Below are positions 18,501 to 31,850 of a stretch of 48,459 nucleotides of DNA, in pieces. The notes under the pieces are model-generated. The model made no database searches, was not told the DNA's origin, and saw nothing but the letters and a program-made list of their open reading frames with translations. The stretch spans positions 1 through 48,459 of the forward strand of contig JANPEF010000023.1 of the NCBI GenBank assembly GCA_031431875.1. Reading direction: 5' to 3'. Origin of the DNA: Candidatus Eiseniibacteriota bacterium (GTDB taxonomy: Bacteria > Eisenbacteria > RBG-16-71-46 > DASYSL01). The position numbers were made by a program, and so were the translations under genes. Positions within the stretch are counted from its first letter, which is position 1. Every line of letters begins with the position of its first letter.

Positions 18501-20497
18501 TGGTGCCGCAGTCGATCGACGCGGCGTACTGCCCCGAGGACATGCTCGCGGCGGCCCGCGTCGCGTGGGACCGCGCTCTGCGCCTCGGCGAGCTGCACGG
18601 CTACCGCAACGCGCAGGTCACGGTCATCGCGCCCACGGGCACGATCGGTCTGGTGATGGATTGCGACACGACCGGCATCGAGCCCGACTTCGCGCTGGTG
18701 AAGTTCAAGAAGCTGGCCGGTGGCGGCTACTTCAAGATCGCCAACCAGAGCCTGACCCTCGCGCTCACCCACCTCGGCTACGACGCGGCGGCGATCGGTC
18801 GCATCGTCAAGTACTGCGTGGGGCACGGCACGCTGGTCGGCGCACCGGGCGTCAATCACCTGACGCTCGCGGCGCGCGGCTTCACGCCCGCGGCGATCGC
18901 CAGGATCGAGGCCGGGCTGGCCGCGGCGTTCGACCTCAAGATGGCGTTCAACCCGTTCGTCCTCGGCCGCGAGTTCTGCGTCGAGACGCTGGGCCTGTCC
19001 GAGGCGAAGATGGGCGCGTGGAACTTCAACCTCCTCAAGGAGGTCGGATTCTCGGCCGACGAGATCGAAGCCGCCAACGAGTACGTCTGCGGCTCGATGA
19101 CGGTCGAGGGCGCGCCGGAGCTGCTCGCCGCCCACCTGTCGGTGTTCGATTGCGCCAATCGCTGCGGCAAGAAGGGGACGCGCTACATCGCCTACGAGGC
19201 CCACATCCGCATGCTTGGCGCGACGCAGCCGTTCATCTCGGGCGCCATCTCGAAAACGATCAACATGCCGCACGAGGCGACGATCGGCGAGGTGCAGCAC
19301 TGCTACCGCGAGTCGTGGCGCCTGGGTGTCAAGGCGGTGGCGCTGTACCGCGACGGCTCCAAGCTGTCCCAGCCGCTCTCGTCGCTGGCCGGCGACGATG
19401 ACGAGGGGGTGGGCGACGAGCCCGCGGTCGGCTCGCTCGAGGCGGTGCAGCTCGCGGCGCGGCACGGCGACCCGATGGTGATGGCCGAGAAGATCACCGA
19501 GCGCATCGTCCACCACTGGCAGGCCAAGCGTCACCGGCTGCCGGATCGCCGCTCGGGCTACACACAGAAGGCGACCGTCGGCGGGCACAAGATCTTCCTC
19601 CGCACCGGCGAATACGAGGACGGCTCGCTGGGAGAAATCTTCCTCGACATGCACCGCGAGGGCGCCGCGTTCCGCAGCATCATGAACTGCTTCGCCATCG
19701 CGATCTCGCTCGGCCTGCAGCACGGCGTGCCGCTCGACGAATACGTGGACGCGTTCGTGTTCACGCGCTTCGAGCCGAACGGCATGGTCTCGGGCAACGA
19801 CCGCCTGCGCATGGCGACGTCGGTCATCGACTACATCTTCCGCGAGCTGGCGATCACGTACCTCGATCGCAACGACCTGGCGCAGGTGAGCGACGAGGAC
19901 CTGCGCGCCGACACCACCGGCCAGGCGTCGCGGCACCCGGTGAACGAGCACGCACGCCGACCGCTGACCCGCAAGCCGGCCGAGGTGATGGCGCCCGATC
20001 CTGCAGGCGTGCGCGCCCGCGTCGACCGGGGCGAGGATCCGGACGACCGTCCGACGACGTTGCCGGCGTCGGTCGAGGTGCCGATGGCGCTGCGCGAACC
20101 GCGGGAGACCGGGTTGGTCGCCGCGGTCGTGCCGACGGAGACCGGTCCGCTGGGCGGAACGAACGAGAACGTCGCCGCACGACGCGACGGCGGCAACGGC
20201 CATGGAAACGGCCACGGTACAGCGACGAAGGGCGTGGAGGTCCCCGCCTTCGACTCGCTGCAGGGCTTCACCGACGGAGGCGGTATCACGATCACCCAGG
20301 TCGAGAAGACCGTGAACGTGACGACCATCGCCGAGTCGCGACACGAGACGATCCGCGACCTGCGGGACAAGGCGATCGCCGCGCGCCAGATGGGTTTCAC
20401 CGGCGATCCGTGCCCGTCGTGTCAGCAGATGCAGCTGGTGCGCAATGGCACCTGTCTCAAGTGCATGAGCTGCGGAGCGACGACCGGCTGCTCCTGA
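15548..20497 (+). CDS. nrdJ: Adenosylcobalamin-dependent (class II) ribonucleotide reductase, intein-containing
   Basis: GGGGAGG RBS and GTG 15548; [75 protein letters not shown]-terminal TSCPD-type region and CPSC...CMSC...GCS tail. Confidence 0.96.
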   Translation: MKIRRRFTQEGSGPYAGMAFDQRVSEIKNPDGSIVFRLENVEVPAEWSQVATDILAQKYFRKAGVNPPGAVDADGRALPAGETSARQVFHRLAGCWAHWGRQHGYFDTDADAQAYYDEMSWMLATQVAAPNSPQWFNTGLHYAYGISGPAQGHYYVDPQTAQLTTASSAYERPQPSACFIQSVSDDLVNPGGIMDLWVREARLFKYGSGTGSDFSHLRGENEPLSGGGRSSGLMSFLRIGDRAAGAIKSGGTTRRAAKMVVLKADHPDIETFVDWKVIEEQKVAALVAGSRACQRRLQAIVDATQVKTSAGPAGAPGFALDDADVEVVIDPAKNVGLKNAVRAARAAYVPEAYIQRVLQLAAQGVTEVDFREYDTDWDGAAYGTVSGQNSNNSVRIPNDFFDALDADGDWKLIRRTDGKVARTVPARKLWDKISYAAWACADPGLQYDTTINEWHTCPKDGRINASNPCVTGDTLVATGEGWQRIDTLVGRATEVIGADGQSHPTAGSFITGFKPVFRLRTRAGYTLKLTADHKVWTKNRGDVPTSELTADDVLALGRPGFGTRPLDVRLAEYLGLAVGDGCLMGEGEQAMVTLGPDEELVAARVHAGLSAYRAEHGADGRARRTTTVNQPQATLRIGTGSRCVVDELKRYAFLAEGSLAKRFTDEIHALDRASLAAVLRGLFTADGTVAHYGGKSQYVSLDSASEILLEQVQLLLLSFGIKSKLYRNRREAGTSMLPDGKGGERLYPVAAMHSLRISRSSRLQFEQAIGFLDGSPKVAKLATLNDEVGVYADSLDDTFASLEPLGEEVVFDLTEPATHHFVAAGLVVHNCSEYLFLDDTACNLASINLVKFQREDGTLDLEGYRHAIRLWTITLEISVLMASFPSEPIARKSYEFRTLGLGYANLGTLLMRQGLAYDSPQALAIAGALTAILTGEAYAVSAEMASELGAFSGYGRNKGDMLRVIRNHRRATYATPATEYEGLSVVPQSIDAAYCPEDMLAAARVAWDRALRLGELHGYRNAQVTVIAPTGTIGLVMDCDTTGIEPDFALVKFKKLAGGGYFKIANQSLTLALTHLGYDAAAIGRIVKYCVGHGTLVGAPGVNHLTLAARGFTPAAIARIEAGLAAAFDLKMAFNPFVLGREFCVETLGLSEAKMGAWNFNLLKEVGFSADEIEAANEYVCGSMTVEGAPELLAAHLSVFDCANRCGKKGTRYIAYEAHIRMLGATQPFISGAISKTINMPHEATIGEVQHCYRESWRLGVKAVALYRDGSKLSQPLSSLAGDDDEGVGDEPAVGSLEAVQLAARHGDPMVMAEKITERIVHHWQAKRHRLPDRRSGYTQKATVGGHKIFLRTGEYEDGSLGEIFLDMHREGAAFRSIMNCFAIAISLGLQHGVPLDEYVDAFVFTRFEPNGMVSGNDRLRMATSVIDYIFRELAITYLDRNDLAQVSDEDLRADTTGQASRHPVNEHARRPLTRKPAEVMAPDPAGVRARVDRGEDPDDRPTTLPASVEVPMALREPRETGLVAAVVPTETGPLGGTNENVAARRDGGNGHGNGHGTATKGVEVPAFDSLQGFTDGGGITITQVEKTVNVTTIAESRHETIRDLRDKAIAARQMGFTGDPCPSCQQMQLVRNGTCLKCMSCGATTGCS
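16952..18037 (+). mobile_element. Intein with LAGLIDADG homing endonuclease (362 aa) in nrdJ
   Basis: Starts CVTGDTLV after NASNP; block B LTADHKV; endonuclease motifs YLGLAVGDG and LRGLFTADG; ends [12 protein letters not shown] before extein CSEY. Confidence 0.95.
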
Positions 20498-20578
20498 TCG
20501 AGAGCCCGGGAGCCCCGGCGAAGTCGCCGCAGTTGCAGGGACGCGCCCCGCAAGGGGTGCGATAGGGAAGTCGCAAGG

Positions 20579-20606
20579 AAGCCCGGGAGAAGGATCTCCC
20601 GGGCTT
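20579..20606. terminator. Bidirectional intrinsic terminator
   Basis: aagcccgggaga-agga-tctcccgggctt perfect 12-bp stem between convergent nrdJ and the methyltransferase gene. Confidence 0.8.
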
Positions 20607-20637
20607 TCGTTGGTACGCCGGCTCGGAGCGTGCGCCG

Positions 20638-21714
20638 TCAGACCGCGGCGGCAGCGACCTCCGGTGAAACCTTCAGCCGCGCGAGCGCGGCTGGATCGCC
20701 CGCGACGAACAGGAACTCGCGATTCCGCAGGTGCGACACGCGGCCCACCTTCTCGCCCTTCCGGTTGTGGATCCCGATCTGGGCGCCGACATAGCGCTTG
20801 AAGTCGTGTTCGAACACGCGCACGTCGCCGCCGCGAGCCGCCAGCATCGCCACGACCTCGTCGCGCGAGACGAATCCCTCGTCGCTGAACGAGACGACGA
20901 GAACGCGCGCGTCGACCGCGGCGATCACTTCCCGCAGCGCCGCGGCATGCTGGCGGCGCGAGTTGAAACGGCTCGTGCGCTCGCGGGTGTCGATGCGCTT
21001 GCGGGCGATGCCGTAGGCCTCGGGCGCGTCGCCGCGGGCGATCGTCTCCCACACATGGTAGTTCCCGAGGTAGGCGTGCTGGTTGTACGGCGGATCGAGG
21101 TAGGCGACGTCGGCGGTGAGCGCGCGCGCGGCGTCGAGTGCATCGAGCCGGTGCGCCGCGCCCTTGCCATTGCGGGCCCGGGGCAACAGGTCGGGCGCGC
21201 GCAGGGTGAGCGGGTGTGCGGCCCGCGGCGCCCAGCGCTTGAGGTACGCCATCTGCACGCCGGTCGTCGAGTCGACGCGATCGGCCGCCTCGAGCAGGGC
21301 GGTCAGCGCCAGGGCCGCGAGTTCGGGCGCGAGCCCACGGGCGGCGATCGCGGCGCGAATGCCGTCGATGCGCGCGCCGTTCTCCGGCGTGAAGTAGCGT
21401 GCCTCCTCGCAGAACGTGCGCGTCACATATCCCGCCGCAGGCGGAGTCTTGGACAGATCGTCGAGGAGCGCCGCGATCGCGGCGGCGTGGTCCTCGGCGT
21501 CGGCCTGCACGTACGCCGTGGCCAGCGTGTGGGCGTAGGTCGCGTCGTCGTTGGCGAGGACACGGTAGCCGGCGCGCTTGAGGGCGTGGCCCACGCGCGA
21601 GGTTCCGGCGAACAGGTCGAGGACGCTCGTGACCGGCTGCGCGGCGTCGAGCGCGGCGACGATCTCGACGATGCGCGGCACCAGCAGGCGCTTCGAGCCC
21701 AGGTACTTGATCAT
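20638..21714 (-). CDS. DNA N6-adenine methyltransferase (D12 class), apparently orphan
   Basis: MIKYLGSK start, motif I DLFAGT, catalytic YLDPPY; no restriction endonuclease gene adjacent. Confidence 0.88.
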   Translation of the reverse strand: MIKYLGSKRLLVPRIVEIVAALDAAQPVTSVLDLFAGTSRVGHALKRAGYRVLANDDATYAHTLATAYVQADAEDHAAAIAALLDDLSKTPPAAGYVTRTFCEEARYFTPENGARIDGIRAAIAARGLAPELAALALTALLEAADRVDSTTGVQMAYLKRWAPRAAHPLTLRAPDLLPRARNGKGAAHRLDALDAARALTADVAYLDPPYNQHAYLGNYHVWETIARGDAPEAYGIARKRIDTRERTSRFNSRRQHAAALREVIAAVDARVLVVSFSDEGFVSRDEVVAMLAARGGDVRVFEHDFKRYVGAQIGIHNRKGEKVGRVSHLRNREFLFVAGDPAALARLKVSPEVAAAAV

Positions 21715-21760
21715 GCGCGGCGGCGCGAGCCTGGCGGGCGGCGGTCCATCCGGGTCGGGG

Positions 21761-22969
21761 TTACTGCGTCCAGTCGATGAGCGACTTCTCGGCGCGCTCG
21801 AGCAGCCTGCGCTTCATGGCGGCGCGCTCCTCGGCGCTCGTGGTCCCGGTGAGCTCGACCTTGAGCGGTTGCAGGCGGCCCGTCTGGTCGGTCGTGACGA
21901 CCATCTGCTGCGTGCCGGTCTGGCCCTCGCGCGGGTTCATCACCAGCACCTCGTAGTCGCCGAAGGGAACCTTGAACTCGGCCACGCCGTCGGCGTCGGT
22001 GGTCTCCTCGCGCACGAACACGAGCGCCGCGCGCGGAAGCTGCTCGTGGCGACGCCCGACGACGACGATCTTCGCCCGGGCCACCGGGGTGCCGTCGGTG
22101 AGCACGGGCAGGACACGTAAAGGCGAGCCCTCCATCCGTTCGATGGGATCGGGCTTGAAGTCGACGCGCGCCTTCACTCCGGCCTTGAGCCGGGTCGCGT
22201 GGCCCAGCGAGCGACCGTCCCGCAGGTGCATCCACACCATCGCCGAGTCCTCGGGCGCTTCGCACACGTCGTAGTCGCCGATCCCGTTGAGCAGGCCGCC
22301 GCTGGCGCCCAGACCCGGTGTCGCCGGGATGACCGAGATCGGCGCGTCGGCGAGGTTGTACCCGTCGGACCACACGGTGTGACCCTCGACGCAGGCCTGC
22401 TTGCCGAGGATGAACGGCGGGACCGCGATCTTCTCCAGCTTGGCCATCGAGAGGGCCGGCGCAGTGCGCGGCACGGCCCACGTCATGGGGAGGCCGTCGC
22501 GCTGGATCGACAGGCGCCACAGGCCCGGCTCGACGGAGCCGAACTCGTAGTAGCCGGCGGAGTCGGTGCGGTCGGTGTAGCGCGACTCGACGTAGTGCGG
22601 CTCGGTCGAGACGAGCATGACGGTCACGTTCGCAATCGGCGACTTCGTCCCGGTCTCGTAGACCAGGCCGGCGACCGTGCCGGGCTGGCCCGAGAGGGGC
22701 CGCTCGACCCGAGGCGGCGGCGCGGGAGCGCGGCCGCGGCCACGGATCACGCGCGGTGAAGCTCCGGAGGGCGGCGGCAAGGCGCCGGTGCGCGACGGGC
22801 TCCAGTCGGGCCCGGTGATCGCGGCCTGGCTGGTGAGCCGGGCCGATTGCTCGGTGAGCATCGAGGCCTCGATGAGGCCGGCGTGCGCGATCGGGGTGGC
22901 GAGCGGCGTGGCCAGGGCGACGACAGCCAGGGCGGCGATCAAACGGGGGCGCATCCACGGGCGCGACAT
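21761..22969 (-). CDS. Secreted protein with carboxypeptidase-regulatory-like beta-sandwich domains
   Basis: GAGGAG RBS, signal peptide; GTVAGLV...PIANVTVML...RTDSAGYYEFGSVEPGLW and TTDADGVAEFKVPFGDYEV patterns. Confidence 0.7.
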   Translation of the reverse strand: MSRPWMRPRLIAALAVVALATPLATPIAHAGLIEASMLTEQSARLTSQAAITGPDWSPSRTGALPPPSGASPRVIRGRGRAPAPPPRVERPLSGQPGTVAGLVYETGTKSPIANVTVMLVSTEPHYVESRYTDRTDSAGYYEFGSVEPGLWRLSIQRDGLPMTWAVPRTAPALSMAKLEKIAVPPFILGKQACVEGHTVWSDGYNLADAPISVIPATPGLGASGGLLNGIGDYDVCEAPEDSAMVWMHLRDGRSLGHATRLKAGVKARVDFKPDPIERMEGSPLRVLPVLTDGTPVARAKIVVVGRRHEQLPRAALVFVREETTDADGVAEFKVPFGDYEVLVMNPREGQTGTQQMVVTTDQTGRLQPLKVELTGTTSAEERAAMKRRLLERAEKSLIDWTQ

Positions 22970-23091
22970 GGCGTCTCCTCGGGGCGGGCGGCGGACATCG
23001 CTGGCGGAGGTCGACCACAAGTTTAGCGCACTTTCGCTGCGCCGCCCACCCCGGCCTCCGCCTGCGCCCCGGGTGTGGCACAGTGGAGACC

Positions 23092-24939
23092 ATGGTGACT
23101 GCTGCGAATCCCCCGCGCCGGCGACGCCCCCGTCCGCGCTGGCTGCTGCCCGCGCTGGCGGTCGCTGCGCTGGTCGGGCTTGCCCTGTTCGTGGTCGTGC
23201 CGCGCCTCGCCCATCCGCCGGACCTGCCGTCGCTCAACGAGAGCCGGCGACGCATCGCCGGCATCCAGCTTGCGCGCTACGCGGCCCGCGATGCCCATGG
23301 GAGCTTCCTGCCCCCGGCGGCGCTCACGCTTGCCGTCCACGAGCAGTTCCTGCAGCGTTCGATCTCGGCGTCGCTGCCGTTCGAGCAGGACTTCGACGAC
23401 GGCCGCATCCTCGCCCGACTGGACTCGGTCGCGGTCGACGTGGCCGACGGCGCGACGACCATCACGCTGCGCGGGCGCGGGCGGCTCGCCGCCAACCCGC
23501 GCGTCTACGCCGACCTGCTCGTCCAGGGCACGCTCGACATCGAGGACATCGACTTCGAACTGGGCCGGGTCGTCGCCCGCCTCGAGTTCACCGACGTTCG
23601 CGTGGTCGGGACCGAGGCGTCGGCCATGGGCGCCCTGCTCAACCCGGTCGCCTCGTACTTCACGCACCGCTCGGCGGCCGATTGGAATCGCTTCCAGCCG
23701 ATCCTTCCGCTGCCGCTCCACTTCGCGACCTGGGTCGCGCTGCCCGCCGTCGAGGGCGACGTCTCGCTCCCCGCGATCGGGTTCCCGGTGGGCCTGCGTT
23801 TCCAGGCCGTGACGGCGCTCGAGCGGCGCCTGGTGCTCAGCATCGAGTTCCTGCCCGATTCTTCGCAAGGCGCCATCGCCGGGCCGCCGATCGCCCCGTG
23901 GGACGTGCCGACCGGCGAGCCCCGGTCCAGGCTCCGCGACCGCCTGCTCGGCCTCGTCACCCGCCGCAAGGAGCGTGCGCTTGCGCCGGCTCCCTCGGCC
24001 CAGGAAGTCGCGGTGCTGCGCGAGCGCGTGTTCACGCTCTCCGCCGTCGACTCGCTGTGGAATACGCTGCTCGCCGCCGAGCACGACCTGACCGTGCTCG
24101 TGCCCGCACCGCTGCTGCTCACGCTGGTGCGGAGCGCGACCCGGGAATACCGCACGGGCGTCGACGTTGCGCTCGAACCCGACCTCGACGAGGAGATCAA
24201 GGAGACGATCCGCGTCAACGTGCTCGGCCAGTCGGTCACGGCCGGCGACGTCGAAGCCGGGATCCACGTCGATCGCCTGCGCGGCCGGCTCGTCGCCAGC
24301 GGCGAGCCATCGGTCGAGCTGCGTCCGCCCGACGGCCTGACGGTGACGCTGCCGCTGACGCTCGCCGGCGGGCGTGGGACCGCGCGTTTCGACGCGGCGT
24401 GGGACCCGAAGGCGGCCACCTGGCTCGTGTGCAAGGGATTCAAGGCAAGCGGGCGCGTCGACGGCACGATCGGGCAGATTGCGCACGACGTCGTCGGTAC
24501 GCTGCGCTTCGGCATCGAGGACGGGAAAATCGTGGGGCGCTCGGCGTTGCGGCGCGACCGCGTGCGGTTGCCGCTCGATCTCACGCCGGACTCGTGGGCC
24601 CGCATGCGCAGGATTTTCGAGAAGGAAGACCGCCTGCTGCGCTGCAGCGTCATCGACCCCGGCCGGATGGTCGAACTGCTGCGCGGCCTCGGGCGTCGCG
24701 GCGTCCGCGTGCGCCTGCCGGGCGAGCTGCCCGGCTTCGAGCTGCCGCTCGAGTTCGGCTCCTCGGTGATCGACAGCACGTACCGCATCGGCGTCGACCT
24801 GCGGGGCGTCGAGGTGCGGATGACGCGGAACGCGCTCGTCGCGTCCGTCGACGGGGTGGTCGAGATGCACATGGTGTCGGCCGGGATCGACACGGGGCTC
24901 GCCAAACCCACGCCGCTCCCGCTGCCGCCGCGGCGCTAG
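23092..24939 (+). CDS. Membrane-anchored hypothetical protein with two beta-rich halves
   Basis: GGAG RBS and ATG 23092; Arg-rich stretch then one TM helix; strong coding bias over ~615 codons. Confidence 0.7.
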   Translation: MVTAANPPRRRRPRPRWLLPALAVAALVGLALFVVVPRLAHPPDLPSLNESRRRIAGIQLARYAARDAHGSFLPPAALTLAVHEQFLQRSISASLPFEQDFDDGRILARLDSVAVDVADGATTITLRGRGRLAANPRVYADLLVQGTLDIEDIDFELGRVVARLEFTDVRVVGTEASAMGALLNPVASYFTHRSAADWNRFQPILPLPLHFATWVALPAVEGDVSLPAIGFPVGLRFQAVTALERRLVLSIEFLPDSSQGAIAGPPIAPWDVPTGEPRSRLRDRLLGLVTRRKERALAPAPSAQEVAVLRERVFTLSAVDSLWNTLLAAEHDLTVLVPAPLLLTLVRSATREYRTGVDVALEPDLDEEIKETIRVNVLGQSVTAGDVEAGIHVDRLRGRLVASGEPSVELRPPDGLTVTLPLTLAGGRGTARFDAAWDPKAATWLVCKGFKASGRVDGTIGQIAHDVVGTLRFGIEDGKIVGRSALRRDRVRLPLDLTPDSWARMRRIFEKEDRLLRCSVIDPGRMVELLRGLGRRGVRVRLPGELPGFELPLEFGSSVIDSTYRIGVDLRGVEVRMTRNALVASVDGVVEMHMVSAGIDTGLAKPTPLPLPPRR

Positions 24940-25789
24940 CCCAGGCGGGCCACCGTCCCCGCGAGCAGCGCCTCGAGGCGTCCGGCCGCCGCGCCGGCGA
25001 CCGCCTCGACCTCGTGATGGGTGAGGGTGGTCGGTGACAGCCCGGTCCCGTAGTTCGTGATGCACGACACCGCGGCCGTGGCCAGGCCCAGCGCTGCGGC
25101 GAGGTCCACCTCGTGCGCGCTCGACATGCACGCCGCGTCGGCGCCCATGGCGCGGGCCATCGCGATCTCGGCAGCGGTCTCGTAGGCCGGGCCGGTGCCG
25201 GCGAGCAGGATCCCCTCGCGCAGGCGGATGCCCTTCTCGCGGGCGACCGCGCGCACGGCGTCGAGCAGCTCGGGCGCGTAGGGGCGACGGCGGCCGATCG
25301 CGCCGCGCGTGACGCCCGCTGCCGTCGCCAGCTCCTCACGCGTGAACAGCCCTTTGCGGCCGATGCCGTTGATGTGGTCACGCACGAGCATCAGGTCGCC
25401 CGGGGCGAACTGCCGATTGAACGTGCCGACCGCGTTGGTGACCAGCAGCGTCTCGACGCCGAGCGCCATCATCACGCGGTGGGCGAACGTGACCGTGCCC
25501 AGGCCGTAGCCCTCGTAGACGTGCGTGCGCCCGCGCAGCACCGCGACCGGGACGCCGCCCCAGCGCCCGACGACGAGCTTGCCGGCATGCCCCTGCACCG
25601 TCGAGTGCGGCCAGTGCGGCAGCGCCCTGGTGTCGAACGCGGCGCCACCGTCGGCTGCGTCGATGCGATCGGCGACGCCCCCCAGCCCCGAGCCGAGCAC
25701 GATCCCGATGCGCGGCGCGAGCGCGGTCGCAGCGCGGATGGCGGCGACGCATTCGGCGACGCGGGGGTCGGGTGTCGTCGACGCCGGGT

Positions 25790-25793
<4 letters not shown>
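24936..25793 (-). CDS. punA: Purine-nucleoside phosphorylase (trimeric PNP/XapA family)
   Basis: GTG 25793 overlaps the upstream stop; IVLGSGLG, GHAGKL, GRTHVYEG, VTNAVG, DHIN, GPAYETAAE, ITN, HHEV. Confidence 0.88.
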
Positions 25794-26700
<907 letters not shown>

Positions 26701-26704
<4 letters not shown>

Positions 26705-27728
26705 GCGGCCTTCCGGCGGCCCCGCCGCTCGATCGCGACGTGCAGCGTGATGGCGAACAGGATGACGATCGCCTGGAGGATCTCGACCAGTTCCTTGGGC
26801 ACGTCGGTGTTGATCACCAGCCCGCCGTACGACAGCGCGGCGAAGAACAGCGCGGCGAGCACGATGCCGGCCGGGTGATTGCGGCCGAGCAGGGCCACCG
26901 CGATGCCGAGGAAGCCCACGCCGCCCGAGAAGCCCGCCTCGAAGAAGCCCTTGTAGCCCATCACGAAGTTCGTGCCCACGAGCCCGGCCAGCGCGCCCGA
27001 CAGGCACAGCGCGATGACGCGCGTGCGCGGCACCGGGATGCCGGCCGACTCGGCGGCCGCGGGCTGCAGGCCGACGGCGCGCAGCTCGTAGCCGAACGTC
27101 GTGCGCCACAGGAGCCAGCCGACGAACACCGCGGCGAGCCCGGCCAGGACGACGCTCAGGTTCACGGGCGAACCGCGGAAGAACGGCAGGATCGCCTCGA
27201 GCCGGGGGATACGCGCGCCGGCGCCGATCTCGGTGGTGCGCACCGTGGCGTGGACGAACGCGTCGTGCCCCAGGTACTGGACGAGCGCCAGGGCGATGAA
27301 GTTCATCATGATCGTGTTGATCACCTCGTGCGCGCCGACCTTCGCCTTGAGGATCGCCGGCGGCAGCGCCCACAGGGCACCCGCGAGCATTGCAGTGACG
27401 ATGCACAGCGGAAGGAGGATGATCGCCGGCCACCCCGCGAACGTCGCGCCGACGATGGCGACGGCGAAGGCGGCGACGACGCACTGGCCCTCGGCGCCGA
27501 TGTTGAACAGGCCGGCGCGGAAGCCCAGCGCGACGGCGAGCCCGGTGAACACCAGGGGCGTGGCGCGGAACAGCACCTGGCCGATCCCGTACGCGTTGCC
27601 GAATACCCCCGCGGCCATCTTGCCGTAGACCGCGAAGGGATTCTGCCCGACGACGGCGATGAAGCCCGCGCCGACGACCAGCGCGCCGACGACGGCGAGG
27701 AGCGGCCCGACCAGCTCGCGCAGGGCCC

Positions 27729-27732
<4 letters not shown>
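26701..27732 (-). CDS. Nucleoside/sugar ABC transporter permease (NupB/YufP type)
   Basis: ATPLVFTGLAVA, GLFNIGAEGQ, EVINTIMMN, TTFGYELRAVG, GIAVALLGRNHP. Confidence 0.9.
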
Positions 27733-29261
<1,529 letters not shown>

Positions 29262-29283
29262 GCGGCGGAGCTCCGGGTGGAGC

Positions 29284-29517
29284 CTAGGAGGGAGACGAGG
29301 CGCGGAACTCGAGAAGACCGCAGCGTTCGCAGCGGAACGCGCGAACGGGGATGTGTTCCTTGTCCTTGAGCTTGAGGCCGGTCCAGAACGACTTGACGGG
29401 CGGATCCTCGACCCACTCGGCGGGCATCGGCGCGTTGCCGTGGCCGTGATCGAGCAGGAATCCCTCGCTCAGGGCGCCGCCGCAGCGCGCGCATGTGGAC
29501 GGCGTCGCCGGGCTCAT
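29284..29517 (-). CDS. Small zinc-ribbon protein (resembles PF20097/DUF6487 family)
   Basis: CARC...EGF...W...FW...AFRCERCG; ATGA overlap with the BMP gene stop. Confidence 0.75.
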   Translation of the reverse strand: MSPATPSTCARCGGALSEGFLLDHGHGNAPMPAEWVEDPPVKSFWTGLKLKDKEHIPVRAFRCERCGLLEFRASSPS

Positions 29518-30569
29518 TCGCTCGGCGCGACGATCGCGCCGGACTCGATCTCGGCGCGCAGGGCCTCGACCTTCGCGTGCACGTCGTCCGGGATCAGCGC
29601 CTTGTTGCGCTCGTCGTAGACGTAGTCGACGCCCTTCTCCTTGAGGCCGAACACGTGGATCTGCCCACCGGGAAACGTGCCGTCGATCTGGTCGTCGATC
29701 GTGTCGTAGACGGCGATGTCGACGCGCTTGATCATGCTCGTCACGACGCGCCCGGGCATCGCCGAGTACTGGTCGGAATCGACGCCGATGGCGAGCATGC
29801 CCTTCTCGTTGGCGGCCTCGAACACGCCGAGGCCCGTCGAGCCCGAGGCGTGGTAGATGATGTCCGCGCCGCCGCCGTAGACGGCGAGCGCCAGCTCCTT
29901 GCCCTTGGTCGGGTTCTTGAACGCGTTGCCGTCGACGCCTGCGTATTTCACGTCGACCGTCGCGGCGGGGTTCGCCTTCCTGACGCCCGCGACGTAGCCC
30001 GCCTCGAACTTCTTGATCAACGGGATCTGCATGCCACCGACGAACCCGACCTTGTTGCTCTTCGTGAGCCAGCCCGACAGCGCGCCGACCAGGTAGCTGC
30101 CTTCCTCTTCCTTGAACTTGAGCGCGACCACGTTGGCCGGCAGCTCGCCGGACTCGGGGACGTTCATGTCGACGCAGGCGAAGTGCTTCGTCGGGAAGTC
30201 CCTGGCCACCGCGAGGATGTCGTCCGAGAACAGGAAGCCGATCCCGAAGATGAGGTCGTAGTCGCCGGCCGCGAGCTGGCGCAGCGCGCTCTCGCGATCG
30301 CCACCCTCGCCGGGCTCGATGTACTGGACGTGCTCCTCACTGACCCCCAGCTCCTTCATCGCGCGCTCGAGACCCGCGTAGGCCGCGTCGTTGAACGACT
30401 GGTCGCCGCGGCCGCCGACGTCGAACACCAGCCCGACCTTGACGTTCGCGCCCTTGCCGGCGGTCGTACCCGTGGATTCGGTCTTCGCGCCGCCGCTGCC
30501 GCAACCGGCGGCGACGAGGACGACGAGGCACAGCGCGGACAGGGCGAGGACGAACGGGCGAATGCGCAT
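29514..30569 (-). CDS. BMP family nucleoside-binding lipoprotein
   Basis: Lipobox VAAGC; GGRGDQSFN, FKEEEGSYLVG, GFVGGM, AIGVDSDQ, SMIKRVD. Confidence 0.92.
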   Translation of the reverse strand: MRIRPFVLALSALCLVVLVAAGCGSGGAKTESTGTTAGKGANVKVGLVFDVGGRGDQSFNDAAYAGLERAMKELGVSEEHVQYIEPGEGGDRESALRQLAAGDYDLIFGIGFLFSDDILAVARDFPTKHFACVDMNVPESGELPANVVALKFKEEEGSYLVGALSGWLTKSNKVGFVGGMQIPLIKKFEAGYVAGVRKANPAATVDVKYAGVDGNAFKNPTKGKELALAVYGGGADIIYHASGSTGLGVFEAANEKGMLAIGVDSDQYSAMPGRVVTSMIKRVDIAVYDTIDDQIDGTFPGGQIHVFGLKEKGVDYVYDERNKALIPDDVHAKVEALRAEIESGAIVAPSE

Positions 30570-31189
30570 CAGGCGATCTCCGTGGCGGTGCGGCCCGCGG
30601 TCGAGGTCGCGGCGGTCGCTGCCGGCGGCTCGTCGGGCACGGTATGACAGCGGCGGCAGCGCGCCTCGTAGAGGCCCGCGCCGCCGACGACGACGCGCCC
30701 GCTCTCGGGGCGCGTACGCTGCGTGCGGCTGCCCGGGGCGCCGCAGACGACGCAGATGGCGAGCGTCTTCGTGATGTACTCGGCGATGGCCAGCAACTGG
30801 GGCATGGGCTCGAACGGCTGCGCGCGGTAGTCCTGGTCGAGGCCGGCGACGATCACACGCTTGCCCGACTCGGCGAGCCGATCGACGACCGCCGGCAGGT
30901 CCGGGCCGAGGAACTGTCCCTCGTCGATGCCGACGACCTGCGCCTCGACGGCGAGCGGCTCGATTTCGAGCGCCGTCGCGACGAGGCGTGACGGAATCCG
31001 CGCCTCGCTGTGCGAGACGATGTGGTCAGCGCCATAGCGGACGTCGATCGAGGGCTTGAAGATTTCCACCTTCTGGCGCGCGATCAATGCGCGACGCAGG
31101 CGACGGATCAGCTCCTCGCTCTTGCCGCTGTACATGGGGCCGACGATGACTTCGATCCAGCCGGTCGGGTGGGGGCGGGGTTCGTGCAT
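30569..31189 (-). CDS. tdk: Thymidine kinase
   Basis: [39 protein letters not shown]. Confidence 0.95.
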   Translation of the reverse strand: MHEPRPHPTGWIEVIVGPMYSGKSEELIRRLRRALIARQKVEIFKPSIDVRYGADHIVSHSEARIPSRLVATALEIEPLAVEAQVVGIDEGQFLGPDLPAVVDRLAESGKRVIVAGLDQDYRAQPFEPMPQLLAIAEYITKTLAICVVCGAPGSRTQRTRPESGRVVVGGAGLYEARCRRCHTVPDEPPAATAATSTAGRTATEIA

Positions 31190-31224
31190 GGCCCCGGGAC
31201 TCTACGGCACGTTCCCATGGCCGG

Positions 31225-31812
31225 TCAATTCGTCGTCGCGGGCGCCGTGGGCTGCTTGAGCAGCATCGAGCGGCCGAACACCACCCACTTGCCCTCGCTG
31301 CGAACTTCGTCGGTGACGCGGATCGTGTTCCGGTCGACCAGGCGGTAGGTGGTGCGGCCCTGCGAATCGCCCTCGATGCCCCAGGTCGTCGCCAGGCTGT
31401 CTCCCGCGGCACGGCCGACCAGCGGATACAGCTTGCCCTGCGAGTCGAACCACGTGCCGATGTAGTGGCCGTCGGCGTCGGTGCTCGGCCGGTAGGTGCC
31501 CTCGCCCTCGAAGTGCAGGGTCTCCCCTTCCTTCGCCGCCATGTCGTTCTTCCACGTGAGGCGGATGAAGTGCCCGTCGATCACCGGTCCCCACGTCATC
31601 TCGATCTTCGACTCATGTCCACCGACCTTGCCTTCGCCTCGCCAGGTACCGAACAGGGCGAAGAAGATCGGGAACTTGCTGTTCGGATTGCGCACGGCGC
31701 CCGCGGGGATCGCATTGTCGGCCGCGTGCACGCGCGGCGATGCGACAGCGACCGCGAGCAGCCCGACGAAGACGCACGCGACGGCGACGGTGCTGCGGAA
31801 GGAACGAGTCAT
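31225..31812 (-). CDS. Secreted hypothetical protein, calycin/DUF1579-like beta-barrel
   Basis: AGGAG RBS and ATG 31812; signal peptide; LFGTWRGEG, WFDSQG and alternating beta strands. Confidence 0.65.
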   Translation of the reverse strand: MTRSFRSTVAVACVFVGLLAVAVASPRVHAADNAIPAGAVRNPNSKFPIFFALFGTWRGEGKVGGHESKIEMTWGPVIDGHFIRLTWKNDMAAKEGETLHFEGEGTYRPSTDADGHYIGTWFDSQGKLYPLVGRAAGDSLATTWGIEGDSQGRTTYRLVDRNTIRVTDEVRSEGKWVVFGRSMLLKQPTAPATTN

Positions 31813-31850
31813 GGGGGCGACGCTCCTGGGGTGAATGCGGGCGGCGCGCA

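Noticed and set aside
20638..23020. Restriction-modification pair, or methylase protecting against the intein endonuclease
   Set aside because: The neighbouring gene encodes a secreted beta-sandwich protein, not a nuclease; homing endonucleases need no cognate methylase because insertion destroys the site.
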